40,351 bases of DNA from a virus. Its lineage: Duplodnaviria > Caudoviricetes. The stretch spans positions 1 to 40,351 of the IMG/VR virus record IMGVR_UViG_3300036987_000531, one strand, 5' to 3'. The first letter of the stretch is position 1, and the number at the start of each line of letters is the position of its first letter. Below are positions 17,947 to 27,800 of the stretch, piece by piece. The position numbers and the translations under genes were made by a program. The notes beneath the pieces are model-generated. The model was not told the origin of the DNA. It did not search any database and was given only the letters and a program-made list of their open reading frames with translations.

Positions 17947-18321
17947 ATGGCAAAGCATTGCTTGGAGTTGTATTTGGCCCTGGGGATAGGGCTTATCAGA
18001 GGAAATTACAAGGTATACGAGTGCGTGTGCAGCGCGCAGCCGGCCACGGTTGCAGAGGCGCGGACAACGTACAACCTGGCGGAGAAGGAATTCGACTACG
18101 CGGACATTGTACCCGACAGCGCGGGAAAGCTCACTGTACCCGTGGCCGAGGGACTTGACATAACCGGCACCGCCGATGCAACGCACATCGCGCTTGTGCG
18201 GGAGAACCCCGCAACCACGTTTGCCCTTGTCGCCGTCACTACATGCGACACGCAAGCATTGACAACCGGCGGGAAGGTCACGGTGCCATCGTGGGACATC
18301 ATCCTGGGGCAGCCGACATGA
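17947..18321 (+). CDS. Small tail-fibre-associated structural protein, paralog A
   Basis: GGGAGG RBS. Shares CSAQP.T..EARTTY.LAEK, ATH.AL, VTTC...L..GG..T.P.WDI with 18696..19103. Confidence 0.75.
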   Translation: MAKHCLELYLALGIGLIRGNYKVYECVCSAQPATVAEARTTYNLAEKEFDYADIVPDSAGKLTVPVAEGLDITGTADATHIALVRENPATTFALVAVTTCDTQALTTGGKVTVPSWDIILGQPT

Positions 18322-18491
18322 CAACGCCCTGCAAAAACGACGAATGTACCACTGGCGAGGGTATCCCTTCTGCTTCCTGTCCTATTGAAAAGTATCTCAA
18401 AGGGTGCCCTTTGATGGCAAAAATAGATGAAGCGAGCAAGCATTGTTGCCCGAACCACACGTGCGAGATCTACAAATGGAAGACGGGCTAA
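18318..18491 (+). CDS. 57-aa Cys-rich peptide
   Basis: ATGA overlap with the previous gene; 7 Cys and 2 His. Confidence 0.45.
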   Translation: MTTPCKNDECTTGEGIPSASCPIEKYLKGCPLMAKIDEASKHCCPNHTCEIYKWKTG

Positions 18492-18514
18492 TTACAAGGG
18501 CAGCGGACAATGGA

Positions 18515-18571
18515 AGAAATTTTCACTACGAGATAGAGAAATTTTCACTACCAGATAGAGAAATTTTCACT
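18515..18571. repeat. 22-bp tandem repeat, about 2.6 copies, imperfectly palindromic
   Basis: AGAAATTTTCACTACGAGATAG / AGAAATTTTCACTACCAGATAG / AGAAATTTTCACT. Confidence 0.9.
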
Positions 18572-18598
18572 CTGTAGAAGCAAGGAGGACGGGCCATT

Positions 18599-18715
18599 AT
18601 GGAAGAAAAACAGAAAGAAGAACAAAAGCCAATCGTCTTGAAGGTACACAGCATCTCGATCGGCACAACAACCAAATCAAAACAGGAGAAAGACCATGGC
18701 CCAGTGGATAAGTGA
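18599..18715 (+). CDS. 38-aa small ORF
   Basis: AAGGAGG RBS; MEEKQKEEQKPIVLKVHSISIGTTTKSKQEKDHGPVDK; overlaps the next start. Confidence 0.4.
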   Translation: MEEKQKEEQKPIVLKVHSISIGTTTKSKQEKDHGPVDK

Positions 18716-19103
18716 CGACATCCTGGACTTTTTTTTGGAGCTGATTCGCGCCGGTCTTCCGTACGACACGAGGCTCACCGCTTGCAGCGCGCAGCCATTG
18801 ACCTTCGACGAGGCCAGGACAACCTATATGCTCGCCGAGAAAGTGGTTGACTTGTCGTCCGTGACACAGGAGGACGGTGATACTTCGGGAAGGAAAATGA
18901 CGATTCCGGAAGTGGCAGATGCGCCCATAACGAACAGCGGGCTGGCGACGCACGTCGCTTTGACGGCGTATTACAACGGCACGTACACGGACCAGAAATT
19001 GGTGTATGTCACCACGTGCGAGGAATTAACGCTCGTGGCGGGCGGCACCATCACTTTCCCGGCGTGGGATATAGAAGTAGCGGATCCATCACTACCAGCA
19101 TAA
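18696..19103 (+). CDS. Small tail-fibre-associated structural protein, paralog B
   Basis: AGGAG RBS; clear similarity to 17947..18321. Confidence 0.78.
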   Translation: MAQWISDDILDFFLELIRAGLPYDTRLTACSAQPLTFDEARTTYMLAEKVVDLSSVTQEDGDTSGRKMTIPEVADAPITNSGLATHVALTAYYNGTYTDQKLVYVTTCEELTLVAGGTITFPAWDIEVADPSLPA

Positions 19104-19116
19104 AAGGAGAACAATC

Positions 19117-19527
19117 ATGGCTGATTTCAACAAGTTTCAAAATTTCGTGGAAGAACTGGCAAAGGGACTTCACCACCTTCATGCAGCCGGCGACGTCGTC
19201 AAGGTATACCTGACGAACAACGCGCCGAGCGCCTCTGCCGATGCCGTCTTAGGCGACCTTACAGGCATTACCGAGGAGAACGGCTATGCAGCCGCAGACA
19301 TCCAGAACGACGTGTTGGAAACAGACGGCGTGGCTTCAATCACCGGCGTCGATGTGGAGTGGACCGCGACCGGGGCCGTGGGGCCCTTCCGGTATGCCGT
19401 CCTCTACAACGACACCCATGGCAGTGACGCGCTTATCGGCTGGTGGGATTACGGATCCAGCATATCCCTGGCCAATGGCGAGAAGTTCAAGGTCGATTTC
19501 GGGACCTCCATATTCACCATAACGTAA
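19117..19527 (+). CDS. Small tail-associated structural protein
   Basis: AAGGAG RBS. FNKF..F.E.LA.G.H....D..KVYLTN, GPFRYAVLYNDT...LIGWWDYGSSI.L..GE.F.VDF pattern typical of genes preceding repeat-rich fibres. Confidence 0.75.
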   Translation: MADFNKFQNFVEELAKGLHHLHAAGDVVKVYLTNNAPSASADAVLGDLTGITEENGYAAADIQNDVLETDGVASITGVDVEWTATGAVGPFRYAVLYNDTHGSDALIGWWDYGSSISLANGEKFKVDFGTSIFTIT

Positions 19528-19544
19528 GAAGCATTTGAATGAAA

Positions 19545-19588
19545 TGAAGGGATGCAGGGGCTTTACCGAATTACTCTACATCCCTTCA
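19545..19588 (+). promoter_or_regulatory. Intergenic hairpin before the tail fibre gene
   Basis: TGAAGGGATG...CATCCCTTCA perfect 10-bp stem, extendable inward. Confidence 0.5.
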
Positions 19589-19616
19589 GCGAAGAAGTAC
19601 TACGAGGTAGGTATAA

Positions 19617-22100
19617 GTGGCCATAGAATTCGTCGCCGTAGGTACATTAGCGGAAGTAACAGCCACCGGTCAAACAATGACTCCCGGCATCCCGGAAGGG
19701 TATGCCGTTGGAGACTTCCTTCTGCTTGTAACGCAGGGCAACAACGGTTCCTCGTACGCTTCCCTGGGGTATCAAGGATGGACGGTATTTCTCAGCCAAA
19801 CCGGACTAAACAGAGACAGAATAACATTTCATTATAAGAGGGCTGTCGCAAGCCAAGCTGCGCCGACGTGGACTTCTGATTCGTGGGAAACTGGCAGGAT
19901 TTTTGCTTTCAGAGGCGCACTTTTAAGCGGAGATGCGATCAACGCATCGGCCTACGATACCGACGCAGGAAAACCACAGGTCCTTCCAGCGGTAACCACA
20001 TCCCTTGCCAAGTGCGGGATTATCCACGTGGCGGCTCATGGCGGTGCGCTTACATGGTCTGGATGGGGGGATGCTGACCTTATCAGCTGCACCGATCTTG
20101 GTGATTTTTTAGGCGTATCGAATGGCTGTTATTCCCTTGCGTACGGTATCAAAACTACGCCCGGGCTGGTTGACGGTGGAGTGGTAACGTGTTCCGGCAC
20201 AAACACCACCCATGTAATCACTATTGCAGTAGTGACCGCAACCCTTAATGTGGCAGCGGCCAGCGGTTCGTTTGCAATGACCGGTACGGCAGCCACCTTA
20301 ACGTTCACAGAGGGGACGACAACGCTGGACGCAGCAAGTGGCTCGATTGCCGTCACGGGAACGGCTGCAGGCTTCCTGTATTCGCGTATAATGCCCGCCT
20401 CGCCCGGTTCTGTTGCCATATTTGGAACGGCGGCAGGCGTCCTCTATTCACGCATATTGCCCACTTCATTTGGTTCGGTTGCAGTCGCCGGAACGGCGGC
20501 CACCCTTACCTACAATAGAGGTTCGATAACACTATCGGCGGGATCCAACGATATTTACATACTTGGTCCCGTCGGCGGTAAGACCCTCAAGAAGTCATTG
20601 AGCCTTGTGCCGGCTTCGGAAGGCTCATTTGCCGTCACGGGTGCAGCGGCGGGCTTCATTCGCTCGCACGTCCTGGCAGCGTCATCCGTCGCATATACCG
20701 TCAACGGAACAGCGGCGACATTTCTGTACAGCAGGGTATTTACCACAGCCCCAGGATCGTATATCGTCACCGGCACGGCAGTTGATTTTGTGGCCGGAAT
20801 AGGTATTGCGGCAACGACAGGATCGTTTGCAGTAAACGGCACAGCCGCCGGCCTATGCAAGTCATACCTTTTCAGCGTCTCGGAGGGCACCTTCGCCGTC
20901 ACGGGCACGGAGGCGACATTTGATAGAACGCAGGGCGTCCTAACCTCTTCGGGAACATTCGCCGTCACGGGAACGGCAGCGGGGCTTTTAAAAGACCATA
21001 TTCTCGTCGCGGATCCCGACAAGAGCTCAACGGTCATCACGCGCTATGCCGCCGACGCATGGGAAGGGGAATTCGCCCAGGCGTCGCTGACAACCACATG
21101 GACCCCGACAGATCTGCCGGACGACATCGCGATCGTGTTGTTTGGCCTGGACAGCCGCGCGGAGATCGCGACCGTTACCCTCGGGGGGAGAGAATTCACG
21201 AAACTTACCTCGGTTGAGGGAACAGGAGCGGGCTACCACCGGGGAGAGCTGTGGTACCTTGTAAACCCGCCTCATGAAGAATCGGAATTTGCAATCACGC
21301 TGAACTACTCGCAGGGCACGTGGACCATTTACCGGGTTGAACATTACTATAACGTCAACCAATATGACCCGTTCGGGGACGTTGCGGCATCGTTTGTTAA
21401 TTACGGCGCTGAAATATCCAACACGGTCGAGGACGTGCAGCCGGGACAATTCCCCTTCGACTGGCTGGTTCACACGATTGCCTGGTACGCGATCACGCCA
21501 GGGGTGGATCAGACCGTAATAGCCAATTTGAACACCGGGCATTTCGCCCGGGGTATGTCGCACCGTCTTGGCGACACCGGCGACGTGGATTTTACATGGT
21601 CATTCCAGGGCGTAAACGGCGACAAAGTCCACATCGCCACCGTATTCCAGCAGCCGGCTTTCCGGAACATATTTACTATCACCGGATCCGCCGCGACCCT
21701 GCTCAAGATTGTCGAAATGACGATCCACGACACGGCGCACGGCATTACCATGACGGGTATCGTTCTGATCGTGTCAACAGCACAAGAGCTCGTGATCGAG
21801 GACAGCGCACACGCGTTGACCATGGGAAACGTAACCCTCACCATGCCGGACACGCTGACGATCAGCGACGCGATCCATGGCCTCACCATGCCGAACGTTG
21901 GCCTTGTCATGCCCGGGACGCTCACCATCAACGACGCGGCCCATGCGTTGACGATGCCGAACATTGCCCTGGGCGGGATAGCGTACGGGGATTTAGGGGC
22001 CATGATCAACATCGGAGGGGTGTGGAAGATAGTAACCGCAACACAGGTACAAACGGGGGGCGAATGGAAAGACGTCACCGGTATGACATTACGGCAGTAG
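19617..22100 (+). CDS. Repeat-rich tail fibre / receptor-binding protein
   Basis: 827 aa, GTG start. About 12 GSFAVTGTAA repeats (22-24 aa period), two globular domains, 4 TIxDxxHxxTM repeats, C-terminal INIGGVWK...GGEWK. Confidence 0.72.
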   Translation: MAIEFVAVGTLAEVTATGQTMTPGIPEGYAVGDFLLLVTQGNNGSSYASLGYQGWTVFLSQTGLNRDRITFHYKRAVASQAAPTWTSDSWETGRIFAFRGALLSGDAINASAYDTDAGKPQVLPAVTTSLAKCGIIHVAAHGGALTWSGWGDADLISCTDLGDFLGVSNGCYSLAYGIKTTPGLVDGGVVTCSGTNTTHVITIAVVTATLNVAAASGSFAMTGTAATLTFTEGTTTLDAASGSIAVTGTAAGFLYSRIMPASPGSVAIFGTAAGVLYSRILPTSFGSVAVAGTAATLTYNRGSITLSAGSNDIYILGPVGGKTLKKSLSLVPASEGSFAVTGAAAGFIRSHVLAASSVAYTVNGTAATFLYSRVFTTAPGSYIVTGTAVDFVAGIGIAATTGSFAVNGTAAGLCKSYLFSVSEGTFAVTGTEATFDRTQGVLTSSGTFAVTGTAAGLLKDHILVADPDKSSTVITRYAADAWEGEFAQASLTTTWTPTDLPDDIAIVLFGLDSRAEIATVTLGGREFTKLTSVEGTGAGYHRGELWYLVNPPHEESEFAITLNYSQGTWTIYRVEHYYNVNQYDPFGDVAASFVNYGAEISNTVEDVQPGQFPFDWLVHTIAWYAITPGVDQTVIANLNTGHFARGMSHRLGDTGDVDFTWSFQGVNGDKVHIATVFQQPAFRNIFTITGSAATLLKIVEMTIHDTAHGITMTGIVLIVSTAQELVIEDSAHALTMGNVTLTMPDTLTISDAIHGLTMPNVGLVMPGTLTINDAAHALTMPNIALGGIAYGDLGAMINIGGVWKIVTATQVQTGGEWKDVTGMTLRQ

Positions 22101-22113
22101 AAGGAGACGGACA

Positions 22114-23502
22114 ATGAGAACACCGAATACTAAAAATTACAGCTTGGCACCGGATGCACTCAAGCAGATCGAGGCGAAGATGCGACAGATGCAGGCCACC
22201 GGAACCGTGGTTACCCCCGAAATGATGGAGGCCATGTACACGGCTGCGCTGAAGACCGGCACCGATCTGAACAGGCTCCAGGGAGCGGAGAACGTAACCG
22301 GGATGAAAGAGGCATACGAGACGAGACGCCAGGAACACGCCGCAAGAAAAGCACAGGACGCGGAGATGGCCAAAGGGATCGGTGGCACCCTCGGGAACAT
22401 TGGCCTTCGTTACGGGGCCAAATACATTGATAAAAAATTCTTCCCGGAGGCAGCAAAGCCCGGAGCAACGCCTGGCGCGTCGGTATCGGGAGAGCTGAAC
22501 ACCGTCGGCGGACAGCCCATGGAGCTTGGCGGGATGAAGACGCTTGGCGGAGAAAATATAAACCTTGGCGGACAGCCCACGCTTATGCCGGAGGGGAACC
22601 CGTTGGCCGGGTATGGAAGTGCGGCCAACATGGAATCGCTTGAGCTTGCACCGTCAACACTGCCGGGGTCGGGGCCGGTAACGGCACCACCGGTAACACC
22701 TGGTCCGCTTGTCGGGCCGACCGTGGAAACCGGCGGGGCGATCCTTCCTTCAAGCGAACTCGGAGGGCAGGGAATAGCAACACCGGTAGCGGAACTGGGA
22801 ACAAACTTGGTAGAGCCGGTGGCAGAACTTGGGGGAAGCGCGCTGGCGGAAACAGGGGCGACGCAGATAGGCAGCCAGGTTGCATCGACGGCACCAGCCT
22901 TCTCGGCAACGTCCGCACTTGGGCCGGCCGGCTTCGGATCCATGGCTTCGGGCCTCATAGGAGCCATGGGCGTCAGGGACGACGTGGGACAGGCCATGCT
23001 TTTGGGGCAGGGCGGTGAAAACGAACAGGACATCGCCGGAGGGGTAGCAGGCGGAGCAGCGGCAGGGGCCGCAGCGGGAACATGGGTTTTCCCAGGGGTA
23101 GGAACAGCGGTCGGCGGGCTTCTCGGCGGCATAGCCGGAGGTGTAGCCACGGCCTTCGAGGATGACTGCATCATCGTCACGTGCTGCCATGGAAGTAATT
23201 CAAAAGAGGTTCAGATCGCCAAAGAATACCGCGACCGGTTCATGTCAAAGCGGCAGATCCGCGGCTATTACGTTATGGCTGAACTGCTCGTGCCTCGCAT
23301 GACGCAAAAGCCCGGGCTGAAAAAAGCAGTAAAGCGGCTCCTCGTTGACCGGCTCATACCATGCGGAATGTGGGCCACGGGAAAGACAACCAGATGGCCG
23401 TCCGTGACGAGCTATTTCGTAACCAAGGCATTTCTTGGATTATGCAGTATATTCGGCGCGTTGGTTCCACAATATGAAAGAATAACCGGGGAGGTGTACT
23501 AA
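22114..23502 (+). CDS. Probable ejection/DNA-transfer protein 1 with glycine zipper and CFI-box-CTERM-like domain
   Basis: First of three terminal genes. Low-complexity middle; GGVAGGAAAGAAAG..FPGVGTAVGGLLGGIAGG; CIIVTCCHGSNSKEV..AKEYRDRFM....RGYY. Confidence 0.65.
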   Translation: MRTPNTKNYSLAPDALKQIEAKMRQMQATGTVVTPEMMEAMYTAALKTGTDLNRLQGAENVTGMKEAYETRRQEHAARKAQDAEMAKGIGGTLGNIGLRYGAKYIDKKFFPEAAKPGATPGASVSGELNTVGGQPMELGGMKTLGGENINLGGQPTLMPEGNPLAGYGSAANMESLELAPSTLPGSGPVTAPPVTPGPLVGPTVETGGAILPSSELGGQGIATPVAELGTNLVEPVAELGGSALAETGATQIGSQVASTAPAFSATSALGPAGFGSMASGLIGAMGVRDDVGQAMLLGQGGENEQDIAGGVAGGAAAGAAAGTWVFPGVGTAVGGLLGGIAGGVATAFEDDCIIVTCCHGSNSKEVQIAKEYRDRFMSKRQIRGYYVMAELLVPRMTQKPGLKKAVKRLLVDRLIPCGMWATGKTTRWPSVTSYFVTKAFLGLCSIFGALVPQYERITGEVY

Positions 23503-24872
23503 TGAATTTAAAAGACGTGTCCATAGGTTTTACCCACGCACTCAACAAGGGGATCCCCGAAATAGATGAACGCGCGATCCGAAACGAAGAACTGGGAATG
23601 AGAAAAGACACCCACGCCCTCCAGCTGAGAAAAGCGCAGCGGGAAGAGGAACTCTTGACGGCAATAAAGGGTCATGTTGACGAATACCGGAACGCGGTGG
23701 CGAACCTTCCACCAGGTCCGGCTATCGGAGGGGGAGTACCTCAACAGCAATCTCCAACAAGTGTCCAACAATCTCCAACACAATCTCCAACATTGGCACC
23801 GACCGTAACGACATCCGGGCAGCCGAACGTTGACAGCGGATCCGGAACGGCGATAGCGCAGCCGCCTCCGCAAGCACCGCCACAAGCACAAAGGCAGCAA
23901 ACCACACCGGGGCCAGTAGAACTCCAGAACAACGACCCGGTGACGAACCCGCCGCAAAACGAACCGGCACTTCAAGAACGCGGCAAGATGATGATGAAGA
24001 TCCATGACACGCTCCTGGCGAATGGCCAGTTTGACGCGGCCAATAAGATTCAGAAGGCCGAACTCGACAACATTTTTGCGATTGCGAAGATATCACCACA
24101 GGGAGCCATGAAGGCATGGAACTCCAACCCGTGGATCACAAAGAAATATGGCCAGGTCAAGCCGGGGGATATTACCCAAAAGGGTGAGTGGAGCTTCATG
24201 AAAATAGGCGGCGACGGCCTTGTCCGCTGGAACAAAAACGGAACGTTTGAGATGGTCCAGAAGCCAACCGCAGCCGGAGGGAAGGTGCCGACACCGCAGA
24301 TGTACGTCGAGAAGCCCATCGGCCCGAATATGCAGCAGAAATTCCAGTGGAACCCGCAGACGGGCAACCACGACGTACCATTCGGCGCACCATACCGCAT
24401 CCATAAACCCGACGGCGGTGGAGGGAGCGGCGGAGATGGCAGGGGCAGCGCGGCTGATACACGGGAATTTAGAATGCACCTGGGCCAGCTCAACGGCCTC
24501 TACAAATCCATGGCCGGCATCCAGAAGGGCGTTGACCCGATTACGCAACAGATCATACCGCAAGATCAGATCGAGGCGGCAAAGGCCACGATTCAGGGGC
24601 AGATCAACAGCCTCGAATCACTCATGCAAGAAGACTACCCCGATCACTGGGTACGGTACCGCAAACAGCCCAAGGCCGGCGGAGCTATCGGCGGAAACGG
24701 GAAACAGGATTACAAGGCAAATAAAACCGGCAACATTTCCAAAGCGGCTGATTATTTCCGCGATAATGCCGGCACACTTGGCCAAAAAGCCATGTATGAC
24801 AAGCTCATAGCGGCAGGCTACAGCGAGGACAGCATAAAGCAGGGCTGGAAACAATTTAAGGGTGTACGGTAA
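23502..24872 (+). CDS. Probable ejection/internal virion protein 2
   Basis: 456 aa, TAATG overlap; N-terminal coiled coil and Q/P-rich linker. Confidence 0.6.
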   Translation: MNLKDVSIGFTHALNKGIPEIDERAIRNEELGMRKDTHALQLRKAQREEELLTAIKGHVDEYRNAVANLPPGPAIGGGVPQQQSPTSVQQSPTQSPTLAPTVTTSGQPNVDSGSGTAIAQPPPQAPPQAQRQQTTPGPVELQNNDPVTNPPQNEPALQERGKMMMKIHDTLLANGQFDAANKIQKAELDNIFAIAKISPQGAMKAWNSNPWITKKYGQVKPGDITQKGEWSFMKIGGDGLVRWNKNGTFEMVQKPTAAGGKVPTPQMYVEKPIGPNMQQKFQWNPQTGNHDVPFGAPYRIHKPDGGGGSGGDGRGSAADTREFRMHLGQLNGLYKSMAGIQKGVDPITQQIIPQDQIEAAKATIQGQINSLESLMQEDYPDHWVRYRKQPKAGGAIGGNGKQDYKANKTGNISKAADYFRDNAGTLGQKAMYDKLIAAGYSEDSIKQGWKQFKGVR

Positions 24873-24886
24873 CGGGAGGACAAAGC

Positions 24887-27800
24887 GTGGCTAACGACAA
24901 CTTTCTTGATGAACTCGCCGGAACAACGACAATAGAGGGAAAAAAAGCAGAAAAACCGGCAAAACGAGGATTTCTCGATGAACTGGCCGGGACAACGGAA
25001 ACGTTTGGCCCCGACACGGACGATCGAAGCACCTACCGGAAGGTAGGGGAGGGCATGGTAGGAATTACGCGGGAAGGCGTAAAGGGCGTTGCCCGCGGCT
25101 GGCTCCAGGCGAACAAGGGCATAGGCTCTGCCATCGAGTACCTAGGACGAATAGGCGACCAGTACACAGGTTCGCCTCCGGAGTGGGGTATAGACGAGAT
25201 TGGGCCGGAGCATTTAGGGACACCTATACCAAAAGCGGATCCGAACGGGCCGACCTATGAACCGCCTCCTGGGCCACCAAAGGAAGGTGCGACGACGCGG
25301 TTCGGGAAACAGGTGCGGCAGTATTGGGATGAGCCGTTAAAGAAAGTTGAGCCGGAAGTCGGGTCCATTTATGACATAAAGGATCCGGAAGGCTTTTTCA
25401 AGTGGGGGGCCGGGGCACTGGGGCAGATGGGGGCGCAGGTAGCGATAACCGCACCGTTTATGCTCCAGGGCAGGGCTGTCCAGATGGCCAAGGTTGCGCC
25501 GGAGGTGGCGAAGACGACCCTGGGCAAGAAGGCATTGTCGTATCTTGTGGATTGGGCGAAGCTCAAACCCATGGACGTACCCATTGCCATGATGGAAGGG
25601 GGAGAGATCCTCGGCGGCCAGATTGAACGTTTTGAGAAAGGGGAAACCAGGGAGCTCAGCCCGCTTCGGGGACTGGCCGCAATATTCATCGCGTCGAAGT
25701 TCGAGGAACTCGGCACTGAGAAAGCAACGGCCAAGCTGCTCAAATTTGGTCCCGACGTTGCTGAATTTGCGAAGAAGGGGTTGTGGAACCGCATAAGCCA
25801 GTCCGCGTTGACACAGATGCTCGGTGAAGGATCGGAGGAATTCTTCCAAGCATATGCAGAACAATACGGTATTGACCCAAGCGACTTGTTGACCAGGAAA
25901 CAATTTCTGGAGGCGGTCGATGCAGCGGCAGCCGGGGCAGTGGGTGGCTTTGGTATCGGAGGAGCTACCGGGGCAATCGCTCGGAAGACTTACGAAGCTG
26001 GAACGAAGGATGCAACAAAGGCCGGCGAACCAGTCACGGGAGAATTGGGCGGGCAACCGGCAACGCAACCGCCAATAATGGGACAGCCAGCAGTACAACC
26101 CCCGATGACCCCACCAGGAACGCAGCCGCCAACGATGCCACCATCTCCACAGCCGACACCGCCGTCACCACCTGGCGACCAGCAGGCAACCGCTATTGTC
26201 GAACAGGTAAAAAACTCTTTAGAAAACGGACAGATCACGGCCGAGCAGGCAGGAGTCATCAGACAGAAGGCAGCGGCAGTTCTGGGTGAACAGCACCCGG
26301 AAATTCAGCGCATGGACCGTGTCATTCTCGACAACGCGCGTATGGCCAACCTTCCATCAGGCATGGCTGACGGGATACGGATGGCACAGGAAGCGCAAAA
26401 AGCAGCGGAAGAGGCAGCGATATTGCCAAGCGAACCCATGGACGAACTCGATGAGATGACCGTACCGGATATCGTTGAACCGCAATCGACAGTGTCCTCA
26501 GACGATGTTTTGGAGCTTGACACGAAAACCATTGAGGGAAAAGCTCTTACTCCCGGCGGATATATAGCACCGGATGAAAAAGAAATTGAACGGTCAAATA
26601 AACTACTCTCTCTCGCGAGCGACACAGGCGAGCAGGGGGCAGAAGCACCTTCCTCTGACACCACGGCAACGACCAATTTAAAAGATGACGAAAAGTTTAG
26701 TGGCACTAAACAAGAATCGGCCGATAAATCGACCAGCTCGGCTTTTTCAATAGGAGACAGGGTAACACGGGGAGGGCGAACCGGAACGGTGGCTCAAATA
26801 TATCAGCCCACCGAAGACCAGCCCACCATAAGACTTTACGTGAAGTGGGATGAAGACCCAAACAAGCAGCCGAATGAATTAACCTCGATGGCCAGCGCAG
26901 CCCCGGAAAGTGAATTTACGAAAATGATTGATCAGAAAGCCGTTACTGACAAAGGAGTGATTGGTAACAAGGCGCAAGATAAAGAGATTCCCGAAACAGA
27001 AATAATTGATCAGAAAGCCGTTACTGACAAAGAAAATGGGGATATTTCTGCCGCCGTCAAAGCAATCAGACAAAAGCACCCCTATGCCGGCGCTATGTCA
27101 ACAACGAAAATGCCGGAAGGATTAACTCACACGGAAGCTGACAACGCCCAGGCTGACGAACTTGCAGAAACGATATGGGGATTTACCGAAAAGCAGAGAG
27201 ACAATTTAGGCAGGGCAAAGTATAAGCTACAAACCGAAGAGATAGAGGCGCCACCATCCAAAAAGGGCTATGTTTCGTCGAACGGCATAACCCTCGGCAA
27301 AGCCCCGAACGGCACCTGGACGTATGGGTATAATATCAACATTGCCAACGGCGGCCACGGCTGGCACCCCGGGATCTACGAACGCAAGCAATATGACACC
27401 CGCGAGGCTGCCTTGCTTGGAGCCATACAGGACTATCGGAATGCCTTAGAGAAGCGCGTGAAAGACGAATCATCAGCGACCGTGAAAAAAGAAGCCAACA
27501 TTTTACGTTCCTGGTTATCCAGCCTTGAGGCCGGGGCACAGACAAAAAAAGCACCCGCTAAAAAGGGGATCCACGAAGTAACGAAAGAGGAAGAGGCAGC
27601 GCAGGCCAAGGCGAAGAAGAAAGAGCTTCCACCCCATACTCTCAGGAAAATTACGACCGGCGACACATATAAAGGCGGGTATATGGCGACCGTTACCGAA
27701 GGGCCGCATAAGGATGTGATAGGTGTTGCCATGACGGAACGGGGTGCCCGTGACGATTTGATGCGCAATATCAAGGAGCGTGAAAAGATAGGGTCAGCGG

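Noticed and set aside
18515-18578. Repeat resembling a mini-CRISPR or Cas12a direct repeat (AATTTTCACTCTGTAGA)
   Set aside because: The units are directly tandem with no unique spacers, the TCTAC/GTAGA stem is absent, and there are no cas genes.
17947-22100. Possible DGR or invertase-shufflon acting on tail fibres
   Set aside because: No reverse transcriptase or recombinase, no near-identical TR/VR pair differing at adenines, and all genes are co-oriented.
23742-23795. CAATCTCCAACA (QSPT) microrepeats
   Set aside because: Ordinary low-complexity linker expansion.
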